Assembly: GCA_965644265.1 (NCBI GenBank)
Contig: OZ286476.1
Span: 5,146,001-5,210,000, forward strand
Length of the DNA stretch: 64,000 bases
Direction: 5' to 3'
Source: Glycera tridactyla
Taxonomy: Eukaryota
The notes under the pieces are model-generated. The model was not told where the DNA came from. It was given only the letters and a program-made list of their open reading frames with translations, and ran no database searches. Positions 12,724-26,443 of this stretch are shown here, one piece after another. Every line of letters begins with the position of its first letter. Within the stretch, counting starts at the first letter, position 1. The position numbers and the translations under genes were made by a program.

Positions 12724-13619
12724 ATAGCCTCGGTAAGATGAAAAATAAGTGTTGATGAGTTGGCTGATACGATTTATTTCTGTTCAATTATCAATCTGTC
12801 GCCACCACTGCTGGCAGTGGCCAAGCATGATCGCATTGTGAGCCACCTTCACCAACTCATTGATCACTAGCCTAGATACAACGGGTCCTAGTATCCTCTC
12901 TTCTCCCTCCCTCCCCTCTCCATCCCTCTCCCCCTTCCTCTCTCTCACATGTCTCCCCAATCCTTCTTTGATCGCACTCTCTCTCCCTCGATCGCTCTCT
13001 CTTTCTCTTTCCTATTCCCACATATCCTTTTTTTGTACATATTCTGTATCTGATCTACTTTCCCTCACATTTTCCGACAAATATATAGACACATATGCTG
13101 TTTTCGTTTTTGTACCCCCTTTTCACATTTGTCTACACATATATCAACAAATAGCTTGTTTTTGTTCTCTTATCCCTTTCTCACCTTTCCTCCACATACA
13201 TCCCTATTTAACTGGCATTCCTCATTTCATTTCCTGTTCACAATAAACTAAAATATATTCCCACATGACCTGTTCTCTATATCATATTCTTTCCTCACAC
13301 TCTCCTCCATATTTGATCCAACATAACCTTTGTTTCTTTTCTCATTCCACTTCGACATTTTCCTCCATACATATTCCCGAATAGTCATCATTTATTGTAT
13401 TACCCTCTTCTCATATATTTCTACATAGTCTGCTTTGTATGTGAGACTGTTGAGTTGTAGTGATGCAACGTCCAAATATTTTGATGTACTGTGAGTATCT
13501 TGTATTATGACCTGTTTACATATGTGTTGTATTTCTTTGGATGGGATGGAAATGAGGATCCAGTTTTCATCTTCATCAATAAACATCTTTGACTTGAATC
13601 TTGATGCTAGAACCTGGCG

Positions 13620-14060
13620 GGCATCGTAGAATGATAATATTGGAAGGATTTGTCTGAGACCCCTAATCTTCAGCTGCTGGAGTCAATGAGGGTATATTTC
13701 GGGGGAGTGACTCCCCCAAATAATAGTTTGCGGAGATGGAACATGCGCCAGTCTCTTGTGCAGCATAACAACAGAGCAGCCTTCAAGACAAGCAATTGAA
13801 GAGATGTTGGCCGGATGTCAAGCCATTGTGTATGATAGATCACGCATGGTACAAGCAGTCTCTCAGCCCTGTGCCGACCTGCACCCTATAAAAAGCCAAG
13901 CAATTTAGTCAGGATGAGCCTCGCAGACTCCGGGGACCAGTCAACTTCTCAATATCGATGTATCATCTCCCATATAGCCACCCAATTGTCGCTGTCTAAA
14001 CGGCGTCTTTTTCTATCTGTCAGATTCGACGGAAGCACATACCACAAGCTTGGAGGTCAC
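13620..14060 (-). pseudogene. Highly degenerate LINE ORF2 C-terminal relic
   Basis: Fragmentary minus-strand peptides AIW..., IDIEKL, SARL, IIHNGL and NYYLGESLPRNIP resemble the WDP..DIEKLE.VQRRAARF...YKIIHGL...YYKYSFFPRTIP series, across frameshifts. Confidence 0.4.
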
Positions 14061-14147
14061 GGATAAACTTCAAGGTCAATACATATGAATGCATTGTTTA
14101 TTGTTGCATACATACATTGCAGGATTTTACACACCAGCCCAGCAAGA

Positions 14148-14174
14148 CACACATGCACACACATACACACACAT

Positions 14175-14240
<66 letters not shown>

Positions 14241-14241
14241 T
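14148..14241. repeat. Compound (CA)n(TA)n microsatellite
   Basis: Directly visible. Confidence 0.95.
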
Positions 14242-15267
14242 ACTCTGGGAAACCCAAGGTTCACGGAAGAGGTATATACCTCTTCTCTCATCCTCATAGT
14301 CATATCCCCTTTTATTTCGATTTATGTAATTAAAGAAATGCTCTCTATATATATGAAACAATATATGATATCCACATCAATGTTGATGAGAACAAAGAGA
14401 TGCTATAGCACACTCTTTATTGATAATGAAACAATCTAATTTTCTGAACTAACCATAATAATGACTTAGAATTGAGTGAATTTCCCACCCCCATGGTCGT
14501 CGAATTCGCATATTGTCCAATAATCATACTCACGCAATGGTCAGTACTAATTCATCTACATCACCGAGTCTTGTAGGCAGGGGTCGGGGGTCTATGTCCT
14601 TCAGTTTGATTACTCTGGTATTCATATTCTGTTGTAACTGTGACCTATAACTCGTTGATGAAAATTATGTCAAGTTATGTTACATTAGCAATGAATCAAT
14701 ATATAATCCAACCAGCTATCGTCATCGTCATGTTTATTTACTGTCTCATGACCGTGACTCTGAACTACAAAATAACAACTTAACGGTGTCAAACTTGGTT
14801 AAGTTCCATCCAGGGTACCCTCCTATCGCAACACACACTTGGATGGCTACTTACTCACAAGTCAATGAAGGGATCGATGAGTGATGCGGGTCGCTGCCAC
14901 TAGATGGAGTAGATAATGGGAGGGTGACATCTGGCGGAATGATACACCACTAATGCATTAGACGTGTCGGCGCCCTGCTTGCTCGTCCAGCATCGGAGTC
15001 GGATCGAATGTGGTGGTTGTGGGTGGGTGGGGGGGGGGGGGGGGGGGTTCTGAACTAACCAACCTGACAACCACACACCCTCTCAACGCCACCAAGTCCT
15101 GTAGCCTGATACTAGTTATCGTACTCCTAGCTCATAATGGTAGTTGCAATACAGGCATGGTGATTGAGTGGTGATAGTCAAGTAAGTGTTTAAAATAGGA
15201 ATGATTGAAGTGTTTGTGGTGTTGATGGTGAAGAAGATTATGACAGTGTTGGTGGTGTCGATGGTGT

Positions 15268-15270
15268 TGG

Positions 15271-15319
<49 letters not shown>

Positions 15320-15330
15320 AATGATGATGA
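15268..15330. repeat. (GAT)n microsatellite
   Basis: Directly visible. Confidence 0.95.
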
Positions 15331-16384
15331 CGGATAGCCTAGTTCATGAGACGTTGGTAGTTCCAATCTATAGGTAGAGAAGCCAGATGTGATGCTGATG
15401 AAGTGACTCCATTGATTGATAGAGTGTACGTCCTTACTCAACTTGTGTATTTCTCTGGTTGTAGGTGAGTCATCATTGATTTAAACTGCCACCTTGTGAG
15501 TATTCAACATCACTACCCATCATTCTGTCTTCGATTGCACAGTTACTCCCATCTTGACCTGATTTGAATTTGAAAACTATATCTGATCTTGCGGGAAGGA
15601 GGGGGATGTCATGATCCCCCCCCCCTTGAGTGCAGAAAATAACTACAAAAAGTAGATACAGAACATAAGGCAAAGAACCGAGAACAGTGAAGTACATGAG
15701 AAGATAAAGTGAAATACATTTGAAGCTAAATTGAAATAAATGAAGAGGAAAAATTCCGATTGGGTGAGTATGTACAACAAATAACATAGTAGAAAATGAG
15801 AATATCAACTTTAAATATTTGAAGAAATCATCAACAGTGAATCGGTGCAGCACATATTGTAGATAAGAATCTTCATACAATAGTCAGAAAACAACAATGG
15901 TTAACGCATGCTGTTGAGATGCAATGTTGTAGCACCCTCATTTTGTACCAAGGGTTGCATTACATGAGCGCAGGGTCAAACTGTAGTGCATGCTCCAACA
16001 TATCAGATCAAGGTTGGTTCAGAACTGGTGAATGAAGTACTCTGGTGTGAAGGAGACCGAGGATATTAATTCCATTTTGGGAGGCCCACATTATGCAGCG
16101 TATCCATTCAGAGAATGAAGTTATCTCACTTAAACAAATCTCTCTTGAAGATGGAGAACGATACTGATTGACGTGTCTCAGTCGTTCACGTGTTCCTTTT
16201 TTGTCTCATCAGATTATCATCGAGCTTCTCACATGTATCAACGCAAGTCGAGACTCAAACAGTGTCTGACTGTCCGACTTTTTCTGATACAATTACAACT
16301 AGGTGAGAGTATATCAGGCTGGCATTCAAGTGTGTAATTATATAATTGGATAGTGGAATGTATTACCTTCGATTTGGTGTTTCG

Positions 16385-16520
16385 ATTGTGAAAATCGGAC
16401 CAGCGGTTGTTGAGTTTCAGCGATTTTTCTCGAGGCATCTTTCCTAACTATTGCCGTGACGCGACGCAAATCGAGCGCGCTATGCTGCCAGTTGACCTAT
16501 GACCTCGATTGTTCTATGAC
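16385..16520 (+). repeat. Dispersed repeat, copy 1 (homologous to ~61308-61437)
   Basis: GTGAAAATCGGACCAGCGGTTGTTGAGTTTCAGCGATTTTTCTCGAGGCATCTTTCCTAAC...TGACCTATGACCTCGATTGTTCTATGACA aligns by eye with GTGAGAATCAGAGCTCTGGTTGAGGAGTTTCATCGATTTTTCTTTGAAGCATTTTTCCTAAC...GATTGTTCTATGACA; probably an old DNA-transposon fragment. Confidence 0.6.
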
Positions 16521-16794
16521 AGTGGCGTTATGGCTCGGAGCCCAATTCACTAGACTAGGCGATAGTTATACGACGCCTAAAATAACTTCCGAGGTTGTAC
16601 GATTCCTATGTACATACACGGCGGACGGCAATCACATACACGCTACACGCCATATCGGATGATAATGTACAAAGATGTGCAATGTGTGTGGTGGATTCCA
16701 TGACACTCCAATATCAGTGTTCGACTGACTATCCGACTATCATTAATACAGTAACAAGTACATGCTAAGGCAGACTGCAGGCATATAAGTAATT

Positions 16795-18095
16795 TGTGTG
16801 ATTGTCAATGATATGTAATGATGTCTGTACTTCGTTTTTGAAAATCCCTGAAAGCATCAAGGCGAGCTTGTGTAATTGTCAATGCAGTATAATGTATCTA
16901 ATTCCTGCTGTATCATCCCAATATCATCGTTTTATTTGACCACTACTATCAAATGAGCGTGTGTGATTGTCAATGCAGTATAATGTCTGTAGTTTCCTCT
17001 GTATTACCCCAATATCATCGTTTCATCTGACAACTACTATCAAATGAGCTCGTGTGAATGTCAATGCTGTAAAATGTCTGTAGTTTCCTCTGTATTACCC
17101 CAATATCACCGATTCATTTGACCACTACTATCAGATGAGCTTGTTTGATTGTCAATGCAGTATAATGTCTGTAGTTTCCTCTGTATTACCCCAATATCAC
17201 TGTTTCATTTGACCACTACTATCAAATGAGCTTGTGTGATTGTCAATGCTGTCTAATGTCTGTAGTTTCCTCTGTATTACCCCAATATCACCGATTCATT
17301 TGACCACTACTATCAAATGAGCTTGTGTGATCGTCAATGCAGTATAATATCTGTAGTTTCCTCTGTATTACCCCAATGTCATCTTTTATTCGACCACTAC
17401 TATCAAATGAGCTTGTATGATTGTCAATGCAGTATAATGTCTCTAGTTTCCTCTGTATAACCCCAATATCACTGTTTCATCTGACCACTACTATCAAATG
17501 AGCTTGTGTGATTGTCAATGCAGTATAATGTCTGTAGTTTCCTCTGTATTACCCCAATATCACTGTTTCATCTCACCACTACTATCAAATGAGCTTGTGT
17601 GATTGTCAATGCAGTTTAATGTCTCTAGTTTCCTCTGTATTACCCCAATATCACCGATTCATTTGACCACCACTATCAAATGAGCTTGTGTGATTGTCAA
17701 TGCAGTATAATGTCTGTGGTTTCCTCTGTATTACCCCAATATTACTGTTTCATTTGACCACTACTATCAAATGAGCTTGTATGATTGTCGATGCTGTACA
17801 TATTCTGTAGCTTCTGCTGCATCACTCGGATCAGTTTAGGTTTCATTTGACCACGGCTATCACTGCGGCTGGGGCAGCAAGCATCTGAGTGTGTTCGCGT
17901 GATTGTGATTGATGTTCAATGTTGGTAGTTTCCATTGTATTACCCCAATATAACTGGTTCATTTAACATTGCTAACATATGAGCTTGTGTGATTGTCAAT
18001 GCTGTATAACGCCTGAAGGTCCCGCTGTATTACTCCAATATCATTGTTTGATTTGTACATTGCTATTACTGCAGCTGGGCCGCAAGCATCCAAGG
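16795..18095. repeat. 91-bp minisatellite, ~11 homogeneous copies plus degenerate copies at the right edge
   Basis: CAATG recurs at 16971, 17062 and 17153 (period 91); unit ...GATTGTCAATGCAGTATAATGTCTGTAGTTTCCTCTGTATTACCCCAATATCA...GACCACTACTATCAAATGAGC. Confidence 0.95.
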
Positions 18096-18174
18096 GAGCC
18101 TGTGTAAAGAGGCAGATAATCAACGAGTTAGTCTGGTGCCTGGCAACCTAATTATGTCCTGCAATCAGATGAGC

Positions 18175-18585
18175 GGTCTCTACACATCCCCATCACCTCA
18201 CCAACTCTCCATATCATCCCCTTCCTCCCACCTGCTGCATCTCCTAACATTCACTGTGAGCGATCTCTACACACCCCCATCAATTCACCTACACACCATG
18301 ATGATGTCATCTCTACCGTCCATCTCATCCCCTGCCTCCCACCACCTGCATCTCCTAACATCAACTTTGAGTGGTCTCTACCCCCCCCCCCCCCGAACTT
18401 CACCAACACAATGATGTCATGTCTACCATCCATCTTATCCCCTGCCTCCCACCTGCTGCATCGCCTAACTTACACTCTGAGTAGTCTCTACACATCCCCA
18501 TCACTTCATCTACACACGATGATGATGTCTTCCCTACCCTCCATCTAATCCCTGGCCTCGCACCACCTGCATCGCCTTACATTAT
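18175..18585. repeat. ~110-bp degenerate C-rich repeat (copy A, ~4 units)
   Basis: CTACACATCCCCATCACCTC...ATGATGATGTC...CTGCATCTCCTAACAT recurs. Confidence 0.85.
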
Positions 18586-20218
18586 TTTTTGATTCCGAGC
18601 AGCCCAGATCTGCTCACTAGTGCACGGTGAAGGCTTGGCATGCTTTTTCTTTTCATGAAACATACGATCGAATTCATGGACACCAAGAGGCATGACAGAC
18701 CATTGACTGAATGCAAGGGTTCATTTTCTATCTATGCTTGGATTTGGTATGGATTTGGTGGCATGGATAAAATCAGAAGAACATCTCGTTATGTTCGCTG
18801 AATTTATGTGATCTGTTGAAATCGACATATATGAATCATATGTATTCAATGACATGGAGCAAAACGTCCCAATACAACAACCCCAATACAACAACCCCAA
18901 AGTATCAAGCAGGAAAATGTTTCTATGTAATCTGTTACTGATCTTGGGATGCTGACTGCTCGGTCTCTTGACGGCATTACCCTACTGAGTACTGAATATG
19001 AGATGAGGGGAAGCAGAGAATCGTCAAGAAGTAGGAGCTGACATTTCATACTCACCCCTAAACAATTGATTTTGATTTGAAAACCTAATTTAAGTTCTTC
19101 TGCACCAAAAAATACAATAACCCCGAACAGCGGCGCTTTTTCCGGTGAAGAGTAAAAAGATTTAACTTGATCAGTACATTCGTGATAGTGAGATTGCATG
19201 TACAATTATTTTGGAACGGATAAAAATGAAATGAATTAGGTTGAGTTAGGTACCTCTGACATGGAATTTTCAGCTTCCAATTTTAGGTCTTTATACGAGT
19301 TGGGTATATGGTTCTTAATACACAAGCGACTGTGGCCTCCAAATCTAGCCAGTTAGTCTTCACAGGTCTATATATAGGAGTTGGGAATGGGGAAGGGAGA
19401 GTGTTATGCACACTGTTATATGCAGGTCCTGCAGGCAGTAGGGATTCTGATACTGACCATTTATAAACAGTTGGTTGGCTTCTGTCCTCGTTTCCATGAC
19501 AACAGTTATTCGATGAATGCAATTATATTATAATTTGATGCTGCATCTGATATCCAGCTTGATCTGGTTCCCTCGCAAACAATATTTCTCTTAGTATTGT
19601 CCCCGACACGGCCCGAATGAGCTAGCAGTATAGGATGATACTGCCAGGCTTTTAACTCTCAGCTTCAGATTCAATTGAATGACAGCAGGAGTCAAAAAGG
19701 AAGGTATTAGATAACACACACATTTATTGTCGTGTTGGCAGGTGGTCTGTTTGCCTAATTAAGGGCTGACATTTCTACGGTGCACAATAACCATTTCACA
19801 CTCTCATTCAATTCTTCGTTTGGTTCAGTTCTTATCGATTGCAGTAGGTGTTGTCGTCATGAAGTGCATTTGCACATTCCACTGATAGTGGACCTATACG
19901 AATGAATATTTTTGTCTTGATTTTCCATTACTAGTAGCTGTACACTATGACACTTGAGCAGGCTTTTTGGTCTATCACTCATGAAGTTGCTGCTCATCAT
20001 GGGTTAGACTTTGGCAGGAGGTACCACTGTGGCTCTCAATATTGGTTAAATCGAAGTGCCAGCATGTATGCATATTTCAATGCATGTTTGTGCATGAGAA
20101 TATCATCAAGCAAAGCACTAATGCAAATGTTATTTTTTAACAAGTCCAGTTAATATATAGTGTGGATACTCTCCACCAAGAATCTCCTCTCAGGAAAATC
20201 TGATTGCATCCCAACAAT

Positions 20219-20246
20219 TGACGTCAGAGTCCGTTACCATGGCAAC
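20219..20246. promoter_or_regulatory. CRE (TGACGTCA) + RFX X-box (GTTACCATGGCAAC) module, copy A
   Basis: Exact consensus matches 6 bp apart, within a block almost identical to copy B; function is inferred from the motifs only. Confidence 0.5.
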
Positions 20247-20724
20247 CATTTCGATCGTTCCTCTCTATCTGCCATCTCGGCCATCATGCTTGACAATTTG
20301 ATTTAAATGTGCTGCCCCGAGTGAATCCATCAAGACAGAAACATACTTGATTATCAGCGTATAAAACTCTCGACCCCACTGCTTGGCCTTTAGCATTCCC
20401 CCTCCCTATTGCTAGGTCATCCATAATCCACCATACCTTATCTAGGGGCGTGCCGATTATGCCCGGGCTCTATTAGTGTCTCCTTATGAAGCATGCAATC
20501 AAAGTAGCAAAAACCTCCTGATTATACCACAGATGCTTCCTTTTCCATCGGATATATGAGCGTGAGATATGACTTGTATATTCCAGAGGCGGATGGACGT
20601 GGCACACGTCCAATTCATTCATGCAGTCACATGACTCGCTATTGCCTTTTCTGCAGCCGACACATTTCGTAACAGTCATATTGCGTGCTACCTTTCACCT
20701 GTACAAACACATGCACGCGCACAG

Positions 20725-20755
<31 letters not shown>

Positions 20756-21689
20756 AACAACTCCCACCGTGGTTCTCACCTCATAGGATATAACTTGCAT
20801 ATTCCATGGTTGACCTTTCTTACTATAGGATTGAACATTCCTCAACGGGTGTTTCTCTACTATAGGATTATACGTTCCTCAAAGGTCTGTGACCACATGG
20901 TATCAATTGTGCCCTAGTTGAAAGTCGAAATTTCCAGTATACGTTGATGTCTCAAATTAGCCCTGACTTTAACCCTAAAAATTGAAATTTGCGATATTCG
21001 TTGACAGCTCAAATGAGGTATTGGAGATGAATACTAACGAAGCATCCCCTACACTCTCCTCTCTCTCCCCCTCTCTCTCTCCATTTTTCTCTCTCTCACT
21101 CTCTCTCTGTCACTATCTCTCTCTCATTCTTGCTTGGAGATCTCTAGGCGCACTTAGGTGCACTTGTTAGCGATGAACTCATTCCAGCAGAGGTGACTAT
21201 ACACATTCCAGGCTCATTATTGAGATGGTGTTAGTTGTGTTATACTTCACTGGCCTTCTGTAGAGTTTATGTGAAATTTCACTCGGGTTATGACCTGTGT
21301 GAGAAAAATAATAGAGTCACCTATGTAGCAGCATTAGTCAGCAAGAGAGGTGAGATGTCTGACCTAAGCTGGCATAGGATGTGAGAACCACTGAAATATT
21401 CATCGACTCCATAATTTTCAAAAGCTCTGGCTTGAACAAACAAGCATGGCTTGCACTCAATGGTGATGGATATGAGAAAAAAGGATGCTCACTAATTCAC
21501 AGCAGTTTCTGGGAAAAGGTCCGCCTGAAAGTCTAGAAAGATGGATAATAAGTGCACAAATGGATTAATTGTTCATAACAGATTGAAGGTTGCTCAATTG
21601 GGAAAACCCTGTCTGATATGAAGGGGTATGGGTTGAGCCACAAATGAGCTCACATAAGTCAGGAAGAGAGGTGAGGTGTCTGGTCTGTG

Positions 21690-22345
21690 CTGGGATAGAA
21701 TGAGTCACCAATGTGCTGGCATGAGTCATCAATAGAGGTGAGGTGTCTTGTCTCAGCTGGTATAGGATGAGTCACCAATGTGCTGGTCAGCAAGAGAGGT
21801 GAGGTGTCTGGTCAGAGCTAGTGTAGGATGAGTCACCAATGTGCTGGTCAGCAAGAGAGGTGAGGTGTCTGGTCTGAGCTGGTATAGGATGAGTCACCAA
21901 TGTGCTGGTCAGCAAGAGAGGTGAGGTGTCTGGTCAGAGCTAGTGTAGGATGAGTCACCAATGTGCTGGTCAGCAAGAGAGATGAGGTGTCTGGTCTGAG
22001 CTGATATGGTATCAGTCACCAATGTGCTGGTCAGCAAGAGAGGTGAGGTGTCTGGTCAGAGCTAGTGTAGGATGAGTCACCAATGTGCTGGTCAGCAAGA
22101 GAGATGAGGTGTCTGGTCTGAGCTGGTATAGGATGAGTCACCAATGTGCTGGCATTAGACAGCAAGAGAGGTGGGCTGTCTAATTTGGGCAGGTATAGGA
22201 TGAGTCACCAATGTGCTGGCATTAGACAGCAAGAGAGGTGGGCTGTCTGATTTGGGCAGGTATAGGATGAGTCACCAATGTGCTGGTCAGCAAGAGAGGT
22301 GAGGTGTCTGGTCCGAGCTCTTATAGGATGAGTCACCAATGTGCT
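21690..22345. repeat. 61/67-bp minisatellite (copy A)
   Basis: GTCAGCAAGAGAGGTGAGGTGTCTGGTCTGAGCTGGTATAGGATGAGTCACCAATGTGCTG; period 61 at 21786/21847/21908. Confidence 0.95.
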
Positions 22346-24104
22346 AGGATGAGCCATCAGTTGAGGTATTCTCACATGACTGCGTCATTTTGAGTGTGAG
22401 ATTGAGGGGTATGAGATTACATGAATCTCACACTCCTGGCCGGTGGTGCATCCTGTGCATTTTGACGTCACGTCGCTCATGCTGATACAATCGTTGCTAT
22501 GGTGAAGGTACCCTGCATAACGCCAGCCGCGGGCAAGCGTCAGGTAAACAAATCGAATGCACGCTGGTGCACTGCGCGCAACTGACACCGGGGATGATTG
22601 ATGTTTGTTTCTGCAATACACCAGAAATAGTCATGTGAGAAAAGTAAGACAATATTGGTGTGTGAGATTCACTAGTTATTCCCAGTTGGTTTGTTGGCAA
22701 AAGGCACACTCGGCCTCCGGCCTCATGTGCCTCCGGCTGCAAAACCGACCTCGTTTGGAATAACGCGGATCTCACACACAAATGTGGTCTTACTATAAGG
22801 TGTCTGGTGTGAGCCGATGTAGGATGTGAGAAGCACTGAAATATTCATCATCTCCTTATCATCCATCACTAATAAGTGTTTGCCTGCAGAGAAAACCTTC
22901 ATCTATCTACTTACCTAGATATGCCATTTTTGGGGTCATATCACATATTAGATCAGTACTAATTCATCTACACCACTGAGTCTTTGAACTTGTGGTCGGG
23001 GGTCAATGTTCTTCACTCAGGTTACTCTGGTATTCATATTCTGTTGTAACTGTGACCCATAACTCGTTGACGAAAATTGTGTCAAGTTATGTACATTAGC
23101 AATGGTGCAATATATAATTCAACCAGCTAATGTCATCGTCGTGTTTATTCACTGTCTAATGACCATGACTCTGAACTACAGAAAACAAATTTCTGACTTG
23201 ATGTAGTCGAATCCAGGGTACCCACACACCCTCACGACATCACCTAGTCTTATAGCCAGATACTCTTCATCGGACTCCTGGCTCATAATGGTAGTTGAAA
23301 TACAGACATGGTGATTGAGTGGTGATAGTCAAGTTGGTGGTGAGCTGACATAAGGCGATGGTGTTGCAGGTGGTGATGGTGACGATGATAATGATGATGA
23401 ACCTGACTTGAATTTGAAAACTTCATCTGATCTTGCGGGAGAGGGAGAAGGTCATAACCATGCCCCCCCACCGCTACTTTGAGTGCAGAATAAAACCTCA
23501 AATTGTAGATACAGAACATAAAGCAAAGAAAAGCGCACACTAAGCTACATGAGAAGATAAAGTGAGATACATGTGAAGATAATGTGAAAAAAATGGGAAG
23601 GAAAATTGCCATTGGGTAGGTATGTACAATAAATAACATAGTGAAATTTCGAAATAGCATCTTGAAATATTCAGAGAAATTAATAACAGTAAATATATTC
23701 GACTACTACTATCAAACGAGCTCGTGTGATTGTGATTGCTGTGTACTGTCTCGAGGTCCAGTTGTATTACTCCAATGTCTAACTTTTATTTGACCTAGCT
23801 ATTGCTGTGGCTCGGGCCGCTAGCATCTAAGTAGATTTGCGTGATCGTCAATAATGTTCGGTAGTTTCTTTGGTATTGCCACTATATTCATTTGAACATT
23901 GCTAACATATGAGCTTTTGTGATTGTCATTGCTGTATTATGCCTAAAGGTCTCGCTGCATTACCCCAATATTACTGTTTGATTAGTCGACTGCTATTATT
24001 TAAGCCAGGTCTGTAACTATCCAAGTGAGCTCGTGTAAAGAGGCAGATAATGAAGGAGGTTAGTCTGGTGCCTGGCAACCTAATCATGTCCTGCAATCAG
24101 ATGA

Positions 24105-24765
24105 GTGGTATCTACACATCCCAATCACCTAACCTATATCCAATGATGATTTCATCTCCACTCTCCATCTCATCCCCTGCCTCCCTTATCCTGCATCTCC
24201 TGACATCCACCTTGAGCGGTCTCTACCCATCCCCATCACCTCACCTACACACCATGATGATGTCATCTCTGGTCTCATCTCGACCCCTGCCTCCCACGCC
24301 CTGCATCTCCCAACATCCACCTTAAGTAGTCTCTACACATCCCCATTACCTCATCTACACACAATGATGATGCTTTCTCTACTGTCTATCCCGTCCCCGC
24401 CCTCCTACCTCCTGCATCCATCAACATCCACTTTGAGTAGACCCTACATATCCCCCAACCTCACCTACACACTGTGATGAAGGCATCTCTACTCTCCATC
24501 TGAACCCCTGCCTCTCACCTACTGCATCTCCTAACATTCACTTTCAGTGGTGTCTACACATCCCCCGTCACCTCATCCACACACAATGATGATGTCATCT
24601 CTACTCTCCATCTCAACCCCCTCTCACCTACTGCATCTCCTAACATTCAATTTGAGTGGCTCTATACATCCCCGTCACCTCATCTACACACAATGATGAT
24701 GTTATCTCCACCCTCCATCTTATTCACCGGCCTCCCACCACCTGCATCGCCTAACATTAATTTTT
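24105..24765. repeat. ~110-bp degenerate C-rich repeat (copy B, ~6 units)
   Basis: Unit starts at 24112, 24223, 24333, 24444, 24554 and 24662. Confidence 0.88.
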
Positions 24766-26415
24766 GAGTCCGAGCAGTCTGACTATACTGCCCGGAGATG
24801 ATCACTACTGCAAACCATCGACTGAATGCAAGGGTTTATCTTCTATCTATGTTTTTATTTGGTACGGATTTGATGGCATGGATAAAATCAGAAGATCATC
24901 TTGCTATGTTCGCAGAATTTATGTGATCTGTCGAAATCTACATATATCAATCATATGTATTCAATGACATGGAGCAAAACGTCCCAATACAACAACCACA
25001 AAGGGGAAGAAAGTGACAGGCAGTTTGTTCATCCGATATACAAGAATTTTTCATGTTGGTATTTGAAGGCATGTATCAAGCAGGAGGAATTTTCTATGTA
25101 ATCTGTAACTGATCTTGGGATGCTGACTGCTCGGTCTCTTGCAGGCATTACTCTACTGAGCCCTGAATATGAGATGACGGGGAAACAGAGAATCGTCAAG
25201 AAGTAGGAGCTGACATTTCATACTCACCCCTAAACAATTGATTTTGATTTGAAAACCTAATTTAAGTTCTTCTGCACCAAAAAATACAATTACCCCGAAC
25301 AGCGGCGCTTTTTCCGGTGAAGAGTAAATACTTAACTTGATTAGTACATTCGTAATAGTGAGATTGCATGTACAATTCTTTTGGAACGGATAAAAATGAA
25401 ATGAATTAGGTTGAGTTAGGTACCTCTGACATGGAATTTTCAGCTTCCAATTTTAGGTCTTTATACGAGTTGGGTATATAGTTCTTTATACAGAAGTGAC
25501 TGCAGCCTCCATTCTTAGCCCGATAGTCTTCACAGGTCCATATATGGGATATAGGGAATGGGGAAGGGAGGGGGTTATGCACACTGTTATATGCAGGTCC
25601 TGCAGGCAGTAGGGAGTCGACAGCTGGATTCTAATACTGACCATTTATAAACAGTTGGTTGGCTTCTGTCCTTGATTCCATGACAACAGTTATTCAATGA
25701 ATGCAATTATATTATAATTTGATGCTGCATCTGATATCCAGCATGATCTGGTTCCCCCTCACACAATATTTCCCTCAGTATTGTCCCCGGCACGGCCCAC
25801 ATGAGTTAGCATCATGGAATGATACTGCCAGCCAGTTAACTCTCAGCTTCAGATTCAATTGAATGGCAGCAGGAGTCAAATAGGAAGGTATTAGATAACA
25901 CACACATTTATTGCCGTGTTGGCAGGTGGTCTGTTTGCCTAATTAAGATGTGGTGAACAGGGCTGACATTTCTACGGTGCACAATGACCATTTCACACTC
26001 TCATTCAATTCTTCGTTTGGTTCAGTTCTTACCGATTGCAGTAGGTGTTGTCGTTATGAAGTGCATTAGCACATTCCACTGATAGTGGACCTATACGAAT
26101 GAATATTTTTGTCTTGATTTTCCATCACTAGTTGCTGTACACTTTGACACTTGAGCAGGCTTGTTGGTCTATCACTCATGAAGGTGCTGCTCATCATGGC
26201 TTGGACTTTGGCAGGAGGTAACACTGTGGCTCTCAATATTGGTTAAATCGGAGTGCCAGCATGTATGCATATTTCCATGCATGTTCGTGCGTGAGCAAAT
26301 CATCAAGCAAAGCACTAATGCAAATGTTATTTTTGAACAAGTCCAGTTGATATATAGTGTGGATACTCTACACCAAGAATCTCCTCTCAGGAAAATCTGA
26401 TTGCATCCCAACAAT

Positions 26416-26443
26416 TGACGTCAGAGTCCGTTACCATGGCAAC
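26416..26443. promoter_or_regulatory. CRE + RFX X-box module, copy B
   Basis: Identical to the copy A module. Confidence 0.5.

Larger units (their letters stand above)
14541..22952 (+). repeat. Tandem segmental duplication, copy A (~8.4 kb)
   Basis: Starts TCAGTACTAATTCATCTAC. Collinear blocks match copy B: 15120/23273, 15555/23400, 18100/24032, 18700/24815, 18900-21700/25070-27840 and 22820/28478. Confidence 0.92.

Noticed and set aside
18846-19205. 119-aa minus-strand ORF in the conserved duplicated block
   Set aside because: Copy B has a 2-bp indel (~25327) that shifts the frame, and there is no protein similarity.
22350-22810. Copy-A-specific insert as a MITE
   Set aside because: It has internal inverted GTGTGAGAT/ATCTCACAC motifs, but I could not define terminal TIRs or a TSD.
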